Sequence record: PQ015379.1
Reading direction: 5' to 3' (one strand)
Length of the DNA: 64,000 nucleotides
This document shows positions 45,569-54,316 of the stretch, piece by piece. How positions within the stretch are numbered: position 1 is the stretch's first letter; the number at the start of each line of letters is the position of its first letter. Both the position numbers and the translations under genes were made by a program. The notes under the pieces were generated by a model. That model was not told the DNA's origin. It ran no database searches and saw nothing but the letters and a program-made list of their open reading frames with translations.

Positions 45569-45945
45569 TGCCCCTGACTTTCACCAAGTGCAAACGTCGT
45601 TTCGACGTGACTGCAAAAATCACGCAATTCCACGGCGGTGCTCGCCCGGTGACGCTCTTCGAACGCACCACCGTTGTGTGGTCGTACGGGCCTTCGCTGT
45701 ACCACCTGACCGACCCACTGTGCATCGAGGTCGGGATGCACAAACGCGATGTGAACATTTCGATTCTCTACGTCCGTGAGCATTCGTTCGAAGAATACTC
45801 CCCGGCGCAGATGGGGATCATGATGGCACAGGAAGGCGGTTACGGATTTTCCGACAACCCCTACGCAAATTCTGGTGGCAGCAAAGCCGATGCTGACGCA
45901 TGGGACGCTGCGTTCTCCAAAGAGCGCAAATTGCAGGAGCGCTAA
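45568..45945 (+). CDS. hypothetical protein
   Basis: TAATG overlap. Confidence 0.7.
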   Translation: MPLTFTKCKRRFDVTAKITQFHGGARPVTLFERTTVVWSYGPSLYHLTDPLCIEVGMHKRDVNISILYVREHSFEEYSPAQMGIMMAQEGGYGFSDNPYANSGGSKADADAWDAAFSKERKLQER

Positions 45946-45946
45946 A

Positions 45947-46180
45947 ATGGGCGAAGCCCTATGGTTTTGGTTTGCAAAATTTCTGGTTGAACTCGGCATT
46001 GGCTTGCTGCTGGTTTCTCCCTTGCTGATCATGCTGTTCAGGCGCTGGCTCAAACAGCAATTTTGCAAGCACCCTGAGTTTTACGAAAACCGCGCCTGCC
46101 ATGGCATTTGCCGGGGCTGCGGAAAAGACCTTGGATTTATCCAACCACTGCGAGACGCTCGCAACAAAAAGGAAGTGTAA
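45947..46180 (+). CDS. small TM protein with C-terminal Cys/His finger
   Basis: TM then CKH...C.GCGK. Confidence 0.65.
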   Translation: MGEALWFWFAKFLVELGIGLLLVSPLLIMLFRRWLKQQFCKHPEFYENRACHGICRGCGKDLGFIQPLRDARNKKEV

Positions 46181-46183
46181 GGA

Positions 46184-48262
46184 ATGAGCAATTTTGTAGA
46201 GTTCGGCAAAGCAGTTAACGCCGCGTACACCTCGATTCTGGAAAAAGACGGCGGCAAGAAAAATCGCGTTTTCGTCGTCGATATCAAGGGCGACGATCTG
46301 TGGGCTGCGTACCTCGCCGCGTTCCCCGAGGGCACCAACCCGATGTTCCGTGAACGTCGCGAGTATGAGTGCAACACCTGCCACAACTTCGTGCGCAACC
46401 TCGGCGCCGTCGTCTACGCGGAAAAAGGCAAACTGCTGACCGTGTGGGACGTGGAACTGGAAAACCCGACCTACCAAATCGTGGCCGACACCTTGGCCAA
46501 GCTGGTACGTTCGCTGCCGATCAAAGAACGTTTTTGGGCTGAAATGCCCAGCTACGGCTGCGAGCAAACCACCAGCGCCACCACTGGCGAAAAGTGGAAC
46601 CATTTTCACGGTGACGTTCCTGCGATTTTCCGCTGGAACAAAAACCCAAGTGACTACATCGGCGAATCGACCAACGACAAGAACGGTCTGGAACGTTCGA
46701 TCAGCGAAATCTCGGACGAAGCAATCGAAATCGTTCTGGATCTGATCAATACCGACTCGCTCTACAAAGGCCCGGAAAAGATCAAGAAAGTCGAAATGCT
46801 GCAACGCCTGAAAGCGGCGTACGGCAAGCTGAAAACCGAACGCGGTCGCGAGATTTTCCTGTGGACCGAATCCAGCGAAAAAACCCGTGTGCATTCCGAC
46901 GTGATCGGCACCCTGCTGCTGGATATCACGGCTGGCGTCGAACTCGAAGTTGCGGTGAAAAAGTTCGAAGACAAGATGGCTGGCGGTAACTACAAGCGTT
47001 CGAAAGCGCTCGTTACCCAAAAGATGATCGACGAAGCGCAGAAGGTCGTGGAAAAACTCGACCTCGAAGCCTCGCTGCATCGCCGCCACGCCAAGCGCGA
47101 AGATATCAGCGTAAACGACGTGGAATTCGTCGATGGCACCGTGCGCAAGAAACTGCGTGGTGGCGCGTTCGAAGGTATCAAGCCAACGGCCAAAGCGAAA
47201 GTCGCGGCGCCGAAGCTCGACAAGATCGAAGACATTTCCATCAAAGATTTCATGGCGAAAGTTCTGCCAAAAATCGACACCATGGAAATGTTCGTGCAGA
47301 ACCGCCACATCCCGAAACTGGTGAGCCTGCTGGCCCCGGTGTATCCGGATGCGAACCCGCTGTTCAAGTGGGACAACGGTTTCAGCTGGTCGTATAACGG
47401 CGACGTTGCGGATTCCGATATTCGCCGCGCAGTGCAGGAAAAGGGCGGTCGTGTAGACGGCGTGCTGCGTTTCTCGCACAGCTGGAACTACGGCAAGCGC
47501 AATGCCTCGCTGATGGACCTGCACGTGTTCATGCCGGGCAACCCACACAAAAGCGGCAAGCACGACAATTACGGTTTCGAACGTGACCGCGTAGGCTGGA
47601 ACAACCGCACCGACTACCGTTCTGGCGGTAGCCAAGACGTGGATTACACCGAGGCGGCACCAGAAGGTTACGTGCCGGTTGAAAACATCACGTTCCCCGA
47701 TCTTTCGAAACTGAAAGACGGTCAGTACCAGTGCAAGATTCACAACTGGCGCAAACGTGAACCGAACTATGGCGGCTTCAAAGCGGAAATCGAATTCGAG
47801 GGCAATGTTTTCGAATACGAATACGATCAGCCGTTGGACCACAAGGAATGGGTAGACGTTGCAACCGTCACCCTGAAAAACGGCAAATTCAGCATCGAGC
47901 ACCACCTGCCGCACAGCGCCAGCAGCACCGAAGTGTGGGGCATTACCACCGAACAGTGGACGCCGGTCGATCTGATCACCCGTTCGCCAAACTTCTGGAA
48001 TGGCCAGAGCATCGGCAACGAGCACGTGTTCTTCATTCTGCGCGGCTGCCTGCGTGAAGGTTCGACCCGTGGTTTCTATAACGAATATCTGCGTGATGAT
48101 CTGCACAAACATCGCAAAGTATTCGAAGTCGTGGCTGGCCAAATGCGTGCGCCGTTCACCGAACAGCAGCTGTCGGGCCTCGGTTTCTCCACGACCCAGC
48201 GCAACGATATTCAGGTCCGCGTGAAAGGCTCCATGAGCCGCGTGTTCAACATCAAGTTCTAA
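46184..48262 (+). CDS. large phage protein of unknown function (692 aa) with C-terminal YfaP/DUF2135-like domain
   Basis: N-terminal LW..YL..FP...P.FRER.EY.C..C; C-terminal DLHV..P...GG..DVD...VENI motif. Confidence 0.7.
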   Translation: MSNFVEFGKAVNAAYTSILEKDGGKKNRVFVVDIKGDDLWAAYLAAFPEGTNPMFRERREYECNTCHNFVRNLGAVVYAEKGKLLTVWDVELENPTYQIVADTLAKLVRSLPIKERFWAEMPSYGCEQTTSATTGEKWNHFHGDVPAIFRWNKNPSDYIGESTNDKNGLERSISEISDEAIEIVLDLINTDSLYKGPEKIKKVEMLQRLKAAYGKLKTERGREIFLWTESSEKTRVHSDVIGTLLLDITAGVELEVAVKKFEDKMAGGNYKRSKALVTQKMIDEAQKVVEKLDLEASLHRRHAKREDISVNDVEFVDGTVRKKLRGGAFEGIKPTAKAKVAAPKLDKIEDISIKDFMAKVLPKIDTMEMFVQNRHIPKLVSLLAPVYPDANPLFKWDNGFSWSYNGDVADSDIRRAVQEKGGRVDGVLRFSHSWNYGKRNASLMDLHVFMPGNPHKSGKHDNYGFERDRVGWNNRTDYRSGGSQDVDYTEAAPEGYVPVENITFPDLSKLKDGQYQCKIHNWRKREPNYGGFKAEIEFEGNVFEYEYDQPLDHKEWVDVATVTLKNGKFSIEHHLPHSASSTEVWGITTEQWTPVDLITRSPNFWNGQSIGNEHVFFILRGCLREGSTRGFYNEYLRDDLHKHRKVFEVVAGQMRAPFTEQQLSGLGFSTTQRNDIQVRVKGSMSRVFNIKF

Positions 48263-48294
48263 ACCCAACCCAATCGTAAAAAGGAAAGCAAATC

Positions 48295-48690
48295 ATGACC
48301 AACATTTTCGAACAAGCAACCCGTAAGAAAATCCGCTTCGAAACCAACCGTGGCGTGTTCCAAGTGGAAGACCTGTGGGATCTGCCGCTGACCGCCAAGG
48401 GCGACCGTGTGAACCTCGACGCCATCGCGGTCGAACTGCACGACAAGATCGAAGCGCAGGGCACCAAAAGCTTCGTGAAGGCCGCGAAGAAAGACGAAAT
48501 CCTGAATCTGAAATTCGAAATCGTCAAACACATCATCGAAACCAAGGAAGCCGAGGCTGAAGCCAAGGTCGCCGAGAACGACAAGCAGGCCAAGCGCGAA
48601 CAGTTCGACATTCTGATCAAGCAGGCCGAACTCAACGAACTGGCGGGCAAGTCCCCAGCTGAACTGAAGGCAATGCGCGACGCGTTGTAA
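48295..48690 (+). CDS. conserved phage protein (131 aa), partner of upstream gene
   Basis: FE.ATR.K.RF.T..G...VEDLWDLPL...LKFEIVKHII motif. Confidence 0.75.
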   Translation: MTNIFEQATRKKIRFETNRGVFQVEDLWDLPLTAKGDRVNLDAIAVELHDKIEAQGTKSFVKAAKKDEILNLKFEIVKHIIETKEAEAEAKVAENDKQAKREQFDILIKQAELNELAGKSPAELKAMRDAL

Positions 48691-48770
48691 TCGGTAAAAC
48701 AGTTTGCACGTTCTGACCAAAAACGTGCACCTTTATTTTCTGTACCCTCAACATTTATTTCGAGGTTTTT

Positions 48771-49004
48771 ATGCGCACCGAATTACCGAACGCGTATGGT
48801 TCCATGGTGCACGATGGCGTAGAGTTCGAACGCACGCCCGGCTGGTTCAACATCTGGCCCGACAAAGAACGCGGGGTCCACGTGTTCGAATTTTCCGATG
48901 GCTGCTACCGGGCAGACATGCCGGTAAGTCTGGAAACGCTGAAAGCCATGCGTGAAAAAATCGACAACTACGTCAAAGAAAAAGAATCCGAGGCCCAATC
49001 GTGA
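48771..49004 (+). CDS. small protein
   Basis: RBS GAGG. Confidence 0.7.
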   Translation: MRTELPNAYGSMVHDGVEFERTPGWFNIWPDKERGVHVFEFSDGCYRADMPVSLETLKAMREKIDNYVKEKESEAQS

Positions 49005-49372
49005 AACTCAACTGGGAACCCGGTCGCCAAGGCACCGGTTACGAAAAGCTGAAGCTGTTCAACCGCTGGAAGTTTTTCAGCCGTTTCAAGTGGGATTTGT
49101 ACCTGCTGCGCTATCGCGTTGGTGCCGGTATCCCGCTGCACCTCGACCCGGTTCCGGATCACCGCCATTACCGGCTGAACGTGTACCTGTGGAACGCGAA
49201 AGCTGGCGGGGTGCCCGAGCACTACGATTCTATTTGCACCAATCGCTTTTTCACCCTGTTCCGACCCGACCTGAGTCTGCATTCGGTGACGCCGGTTACG
49301 CAGGGCGTGCGCTACGTGCTGAGTTTCGGTTTCGTTCGTCGCGTTGTCGAGGTTAAAAATGATTACGATTGA
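49001..49372 (+). CDS. 2OG-Fe(II) oxygenase family protein
   Basis: HLD (HxD), LFRPD...HSVTPV..G.RYVLS (distal H, RxS-like). Confidence 0.8.
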   Translation: MKLNWEPGRQGTGYEKLKLFNRWKFFSRFKWDLYLLRYRVGAGIPLHLDPVPDHRHYRLNVYLWNAKAGGVPEHYDSICTNRFFTLFRPDLSLHSVTPVTQGVRYVLSFGFVRRVVEVKNDYD

Positions 49373-49829
49373 CTGGTATTACATTCGCAAGCAGTTGCCG
49401 ATTTACGCCTACGAATATGAAACCGTGGACGAAAAAGGCAACGTCACCGATTACAAATGCTGGCGCCCCGGTGACGCGAAAAACAAGGGGCAGGAACCAC
49501 CGCCCGGCTGGACCAACATCGCCTACGACGATTCGCACCCGGAACTGTGGCGTGAGGCCGCCGACGCGTGGGTTAAGAACGTGGTACGCCCGAACGAAAA
49601 AGCGGTTTGGTTCGACATGGCAACCGGCGATTTCTCGAACACGTTCCGCCTCGGTGAATTGCTGAATTCGACACTCGAAGCGCTGGACCAATCCAAGATC
49701 GGTAAAAACGAACTGGAAGAAAAAACCAGCACGTGGCGCCTGATCGTGTACCGCGTCGAGTCCGGTTCGGATTTCGAGTTCTCGAACCTGATGCGCCTAG
49801 TCACCAAACCACGGGAGGCACGCCGTTGA
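49359..49829 (+). CDS. hypothetical protein
   Basis: RBS GAGG. Confidence 0.75.
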   Translation: MITIDWYYIRKQLPIYAYEYETVDEKGNVTDYKCWRPGDAKNKGQEPPPGWTNIAYDDSHPELWREAADAWVKNVVRPNEKAVWFDMATGDFSNTFRLGELLNSTLEALDQSKIGKNELEEKTSTWRLIVYRVESGSDFEFSNLMRLVTKPREARR

Positions 49830-50218
49830 TTTTTCTGGATGAAAAGAAAAAGCAGTACGTTAAAATCACTAGCCATCGCACAGGTGGTTATGGTTTCAGT
49901 GCCGGGTTCACCAACCAAAAACCCGTAGGCCTCGACGCAACCCGCGAGGGATTGATTGCGGTTCGTGACCGTATCAACGAATTGTTAGAAATCGAAGACG
50001 GCCCTGTTGCAAAATCAAAAAGCGTGCGGAAAAAACCTGTTGCTTATGCGACGGTGCAGGATCTGGAATCTGTGGACGCCAGCATTGTGCGGATCGCTGT
50101 GATGCTGGGCCTGCAACCTGCGGAAATTGCACAGGCCATGCGCACCACAACCAGCCAAGTGCGACTGGCGCTTGAGTTGAAAAACACCCGTCCGAAAAAT
50201 CCACCGGGAAAAGACTAA
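49826..50218 (+). CDS. hypothetical protein with possible C-terminal HTH
   Basis: TTG start, RBS GGGAGG; MLGLQPAEIAQAMRTTTSQVRLAL. Confidence 0.55.
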   Translation: MIFLDEKKKQYVKITSHRTGGYGFSAGFTNQKPVGLDATREGLIAVRDRINELLEIEDGPVAKSKSVRKKPVAYATVQDLESVDASIVRIAVMLGLQPAEIAQAMRTTTSQVRLALELKNTRPKNPPGKD

Positions 50219-50301
50219 TGGGCATTGGTTTGAGTTGGCCGGATGCGTTCGCAGTGGTTGGCGTGGCGTTCGCCGTTGCCTTTGCTTTGCGTGCCATGTG
50301 A
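50218..50301 (+). CDS. 27-aa membrane peptide
   Basis: TAATG and TGATG overlaps; MGIGLSWPDAFAVVGVAFAVAFALRAM. Confidence 0.5.
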   Translation: MGIGLSWPDAFAVVGVAFAVAFALRAM

Positions 50302-50489
50302 TGAAGCCAGAACCCGCTGACGATATTCCGATGGCGAATGTCGAAAAATACACCGGTCCCGATCCGAAGTGCTGGACCTGTATGGATCGTGGTTTTGTGG
50401 GTGGCCTTGTCCCGTGGGGCGATGGCCAAGTGGATTCAATTTGTGAGGATTGCCCCGACTGTGGGCAGACGGAAAAAGAGGAAAAGTAA
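50301..50489 (+). CDS. small Zn-finger protein
   Basis: CWTC...CEDCPDC. Confidence 0.6.
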   Translation: MKPEPADDIPMANVEKYTGPDPKCWTCMDRGFVGGLVPWGDGQVDSICEDCPDCGQTEKEEK

Positions 50490-50680
50490 TGCGCGCTGTT
50501 TTCATGAAACACCTGAATACTCAAACGCAACGCCCTGAAGTGGTGGCGCTGGCATCGACCGATAACGCCAAGTATTCGACGGCCCAGCTGCTGGAACATG
50601 CGGCCATGATTTTGCGCGGCAAGATCGAGCGCGGCGAACTGAAAGAAGAACACATTTACGAAGTGAACTTGAGGAACTAA
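50489..50680 (+). CDS. small protein
   Basis: TAATG overlap. Confidence 0.65.
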   Translation: MRAVFMKHLNTQTQRPEVVALASTDNAKYSTAQLLEHAAMILRGKIERGELKEEHIYEVNLRN

Positions 50681-50682
50681 TC

Positions 50683-50928
50683 GTGGGTATGGAACGTAGC
50701 CAAATCGACATTCTTTTTGATGAACGCGGCAATCTGCGCCAAGGCATGAAGGGTGATGTTCTTTTCGACGGAACGGGCCATATCAACCTTCCTGTTTATC
50801 GTGCACTGCAAGAACGCATGATGGACAGCATGCCGCTGGCCCACACCGATATGGCGCGCCTGTTCTACGCGGTCGAAGCACAGAACAAAACCGAACGAAA
50901 GTTCCCGGCCAAATTCTTCTGGAAATAA
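50683..50928 (+). CDS. small protein
   Basis: RBS GAGGA. Confidence 0.65.
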   Translation: MGMERSQIDILFDERGNLRQGMKGDVLFDGTGHINLPVYRALQERMMDSMPLAHTDMARLFYAVEAQNKTERKFPAKFFWK

Positions 50929-50930
50929 TC

Positions 50931-51236
50931 ATGCGTCCGTTGACCATCGTTAAAACCAAAGGGCCGGGTCGCCAATATTGGATCGCCCACAACGTAACGC
51001 GTCGTGAAGCCCGCGTGATGAACGTTGACGGTCCCGGTGTGCACCTGTTCAGCGGTTACTGGTACGCTGGATTTGGGCTGAAACGTGATTGGGATTGGCA
51101 CTGGCGTATGCGTACCGATTTCCGCCACCACGATGCGTTCGGCAAAGTGGCGCCGGTCCCGAAAAAGCGCGCCGATTACAAAGTGGTGGCCCGTGGCACG
51201 CGTAACTCCTATCTCGTACGGAAACTGATGCGATGA
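50931..51236 (+). CDS. hypothetical protein
   Basis: Tiles. Confidence 0.7.
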   Translation: MRPLTIVKTKGPGRQYWIAHNVTRREARVMNVDGPGVHLFSGYWYAGFGLKRDWDWHWRMRTDFRHHDAFGKVAPVPKKRADYKVVARGTRNSYLVRKLMR

Positions 51237-51943
51237 AAGAACAACAATTGCCGACCACGTTCACCTCCGAAGAGGTGGCCCGCATTCTGGACGCGCTGTT
51301 CGCCCAGCACCCGCAAAAAATTGGGGACAATGAAAACCCCGAGTGGCGCACCAATCACACGCTGGGTCGTCGTCTGGTGCGTCTGGCGGAAGACGGGGCG
51401 CGCCTCGATTTTCTGCAAACGCAATCGAAACTTTCGTACACCGGCCTGAGCATTCAAACGCAAGGTGGCCGTACCGAAATTATGTGGCACCACCAGCGTT
51501 TCGAACCACAAGAAAATCTGCGTCGTGCCATCGATTTGGCGCGTGAGAAATTTCCGGAAGGTCAGTCGAAAATTTCCCCGCCCGGTGCTCGCTTTGTATA
51601 TGGGCGTGCGCCGGTTCAGCCGACCGATCCGGAAAACGTGCCGGGGCGTGAGTGGTATGGCCCGAACAAGCTGCCAGCGTGGCACGACAAAACCACCGAT
51701 CTGGTTTACCGGATGGTGAGCGAACAGTCGTGTGCCTCGGTTCACGAAATGCAGCGCGTGTACGCCGATACCGACCTGCACGAATGGGGCCACATGGATT
51801 CGCTTGACCACATCGAAATGATCATGCGCATCGAAGAAGAATTCGGATTGGAAATTCCCGACGAAGTTTCCTACACGTTCCGTACCATCAACCAAATCGT
51901 CGAGTACGTCAAACAACAGGAATACCAACGTGACCCGCGTTAA
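51233..51943 (+). CDS. unknown N-terminal domain fused to C-terminal acyl carrier protein domain
   Basis: GHMDSLDHIEMIMRIEEEFGLEIPDE...RTINQIVEYV. Confidence 0.85.
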   Translation: MKEQQLPTTFTSEEVARILDALFAQHPQKIGDNENPEWRTNHTLGRRLVRLAEDGARLDFLQTQSKLSYTGLSIQTQGGRTEIMWHHQRFEPQENLRRAIDLAREKFPEGQSKISPPGARFVYGRAPVQPTDPENVPGREWYGPNKLPAWHDKTTDLVYRMVSEQSCASVHEMQRVYADTDLHEWGHMDSLDHIEMIMRIEEEFGLEIPDEVSYTFRTINQIVEYVKQQEYQRDPR

Positions 51944-52202
51944 TCTCGAAGCCGTCCAAAAACGTGTCAACCAAGTGATCGAACAGCACTTCAACATGGC
52001 CGCCGGTTGCCGCCCTGCCTCGGTTGAAAACCACTCCGATATTTTCGCCGATTTGGGCGGTGATTCGCTCGACATGATCGAAATCGTCATGAGCCTCGAA
52101 GAGGAATTCGAAACCGAAATCGACGACGATCCGGCGATGCTGTGGCGCAAACCTGAAGACGCCGCGAAGTACATTCACGATCGCCTGTACGGTTCCAACT
52201 GA
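51930..52202 (+). CDS. acpP: acyl carrier protein
   Basis: DLGGDSLDMIEIVMSLEEEFETEIDDD phosphopantetheine-attachment motif. Confidence 0.85.
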   Translation: MTRVNLEAVQKRVNQVIEQHFNMAAGCRPASVENHSDIFADLGGDSLDMIEIVMSLEEEFETEIDDDPAMLWRKPEDAAKYIHDRLYGSN

Positions 52203-52468
52203 TGAACTGGCGCCAACTACTGGACCGGTACAAGTGGGGCGTGTGCCGTCTGTGGTTCATCACGTTGGCGCCCCTAGTTCTGCATTTCTTCACCGGTCAA
52301 TTTAAAGGTTTTGTGTTTGAATCGCGGGTCGCTGGTTTCTTCGCGTTGGCTTTCGTGTTGACTGCCACCATCGTACCGATTAGCTACCTACACCTCTACC
52401 TATTGGAAAAACGAGAAAAACGCCATGAACAGCAAAGACGATCTGGAAAGCATCCTCGGCACTCCTGA
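52202..52468 (+). CDS. small two-TM membrane protein
   Basis: TGATG overlap; two hydrophobic helices. Confidence 0.7.
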   Translation: MNWRQLLDRYKWGVCRLWFITLAPLVLHFFTGQFKGFVFESRVAGFFALAFVLTATIVPISYLHLYLLEKREKRHEQQRRSGKHPRHS

Positions 52469-52967
52469 AGAGTACGCGGCTGCGCAAGCGGAATACAAAA
52501 AGGAAAAAGAGGAAACCCGTCAACGCATCATCGGCAAATTGCACAAGCGTTGTGCGGAACGCGAAGAGGAATTCCGCAAAGATTTCGAAGCGAGCCTGCC
52601 TTTCAAAGACTGGCGGCGCGACACCACCGGCACCTACGAACCGATGCCGGTGCAGTTCATGTGGGAAGGCTACTTGCTGCGCTGCAAAGAGTTGCCATCG
52701 TTTGAATTCTTGGGGGCCGAAATTCGTCTTCCATCCGACCCGGCCAAGCGCTATCACGCCATCGACGAATTGTCGTGCGTGTTTGGTTCTTACGTGACGC
52801 AAATGTTCAGCGTGTGGGCCGAAGGTTCCGGGCGCCGGGTGAACGTAGCGTCGGATGTGGAGCGTATGTGCCTGATCGCCTACGCAACGATGGACGAAGC
52901 CGATTATCACCAGTTCGCGTTCCGTCTGGTGAATCAGAATTTCCGACTCAAGGCCCTTTTTAAATGA
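52425..52967 (+). CDS. hypothetical protein
   Basis: Coding bias. Confidence 0.75.
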   Translation: MNSKDDLESILGTPEEYAAAQAEYKKEKEETRQRIIGKLHKRCAEREEEFRKDFEASLPFKDWRRDTTGTYEPMPVQFMWEGYLLRCKELPSFEFLGAEIRLPSDPAKRYHAIDELSCVFGSYVTQMFSVWAEGSGRRVNVASDVERMCLIAYATMDEADYHQFAFRLVNQNFRLKALFK

Positions 52968-53752
52968 GCACCGATCCAAATAGCCGTTTTGCCCGTACCG
53001 AATTCGAACAACACGACCTGCACAATTTCGAGGTCGTGAATTTCCGCGAAGCCGAGAAATCCGGCGACGAAGGCCGTGTGTGGTTCAACCACATTTTGCT
53101 CGAAAGCATGACCCCGGCGACCGTGCAGCGCCTTGCCAGTCTGGAAGGTTTCAACGGCAGCCAACTGCACGTGTGTTGCTACATCAACGAACATCAAGTG
53201 GTGCACACGGATCTGGCAAAACTGGTTTCGTATTTCGCGCACAACCTGTTTGAACAGAAACTGCGCCGCGCACATTTCGACGACTTCGAAAAAGCTGTAA
53301 AAACCACGGCACAGGGTCTGGTGGATCGGCGGAACGAAGAGGTTACGGATATGCTGCATCAGCTGGGCGACCAACTGCGCAACCTGACCGATCAGACGAC
53401 CGGCGTTGTGCAGCGCGAATGGGACCGCCCGTATCGCCACCAAGTGACGCCGGAAATGGTGAAGGCTGGCGTGAATGCGCTGTCGCGTTTCTTCGATCTT
53501 GAACCCGATGTGGATTTCGCGGGTAACGTGACGGAAGAAAAGCCTGAAGCCTTCGGCAAAAACGCGGTCGAAGCCATCTGGCGTGCGATGGACGTTGCCC
53601 GTTCTGATCAGCCGGTCTACAAAATCAAGCTGCCTGCTGCCCACAATCCAGACATTGCCAAAAACCTGAATGTTTCGCGCCGTATTTTCATGGACGAAAT
53701 CAAGGAAAGTCTGCGCCAGCAAGGTCTGGTGTTTGAAGAGGAAAAACAATGA
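52964..53752 (+). CDS. hypothetical protein
   Basis: ATGA overlap. Confidence 0.8.
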   Translation: MSTDPNSRFARTEFEQHDLHNFEVVNFREAEKSGDEGRVWFNHILLESMTPATVQRLASLEGFNGSQLHVCCYINEHQVVHTDLAKLVSYFAHNLFEQKLRRAHFDDFEKAVKTTAQGLVDRRNEEVTDMLHQLGDQLRNLTDQTTGVVQREWDRPYRHQVTPEMVKAGVNALSRFFDLEPDVDFAGNVTEEKPEAFGKNAVEAIWRAMDVARSDQPVYKIKLPAAHNPDIAKNLNVSRRIFMDEIKESLRQQGLVFEEEKQ

Positions 53753-53991
53753 ACCTGCAAGAACTGAAGGACGCGATTCGCCAAGAACCTTTGTACGTGG
53801 CAGCCATCGACAAAATCAAGCGTGAGGCGTTCAAACCCGACGGTGCAAGCTACGTGGATTTCACGGAACAGGAATTGCCGGATTCCGTGTGGGAACGTCT
53901 CAAAGAAGACGGCTACACCATGGACTACAACAAACACCTCGACCCGTGCTACCGCGTGAGCGGCTGGGCGGGCAACGCACCGAGCATCTGA
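53749..53991 (+). CDS. small protein
   Basis: ATGA overlap. Confidence 0.7.
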   Translation: MNLQELKDAIRQEPLYVAAIDKIKREAFKPDGASYVDFTEQELPDSVWERLKEDGYTMDYNKHLDPCYRVSGWAGNAPSI

Positions 53992-53992
53992 C

Positions 53993-54316
53993 ATGGCCAA
54001 AGACACGATCATTATTCGCAACACCATCGAGTACAAAAAGTACGACTACGCTGAATTGGTTCAGGAAGTCGGAAAAGAACTGACCTCCGAATTGTGCTTC
54101 GAAGACCGCATGTGCATTGCCTATGCCTTGTTCGATACCGGGTTCGCCCCTGCGTGGTCCACGAACTTTGCCGACGAACTCATTGCCGGTTATGGCGAAG
54201 ATACCTACGGGTTCAAATACGAACTTCTGGTGATTCGTGAAGAGGCCGACAAGTGGGGCATTGTCCCTTGGGCCGAGGTAAAAGAAATGATCGCACACAA
54301 GGAACGGAATCAATGA
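53993..54316 (+). CDS. hypothetical protein
   Basis: Tiles. Confidence 0.7.
   Translation: MAKDTIIIRNTIEYKKYDYAELVQEVGKELTSELCFEDRMCIAYALFDTGFAPAWSTNFADELIAGYGEDTYGFKYELLVIREEADKWGIVPWAEVKEMIAHKERNQ

Noticed and set aside
45959-48268. 769-aa minus-strand ORF (also 33059-34852, 22045-23550, 42514-43557 and others)
   Set aside because: They are exact antisense shadows of well-biased plus-strand genes, with no RBS and unnatural composition; this is expected from codon bias at this GC content.
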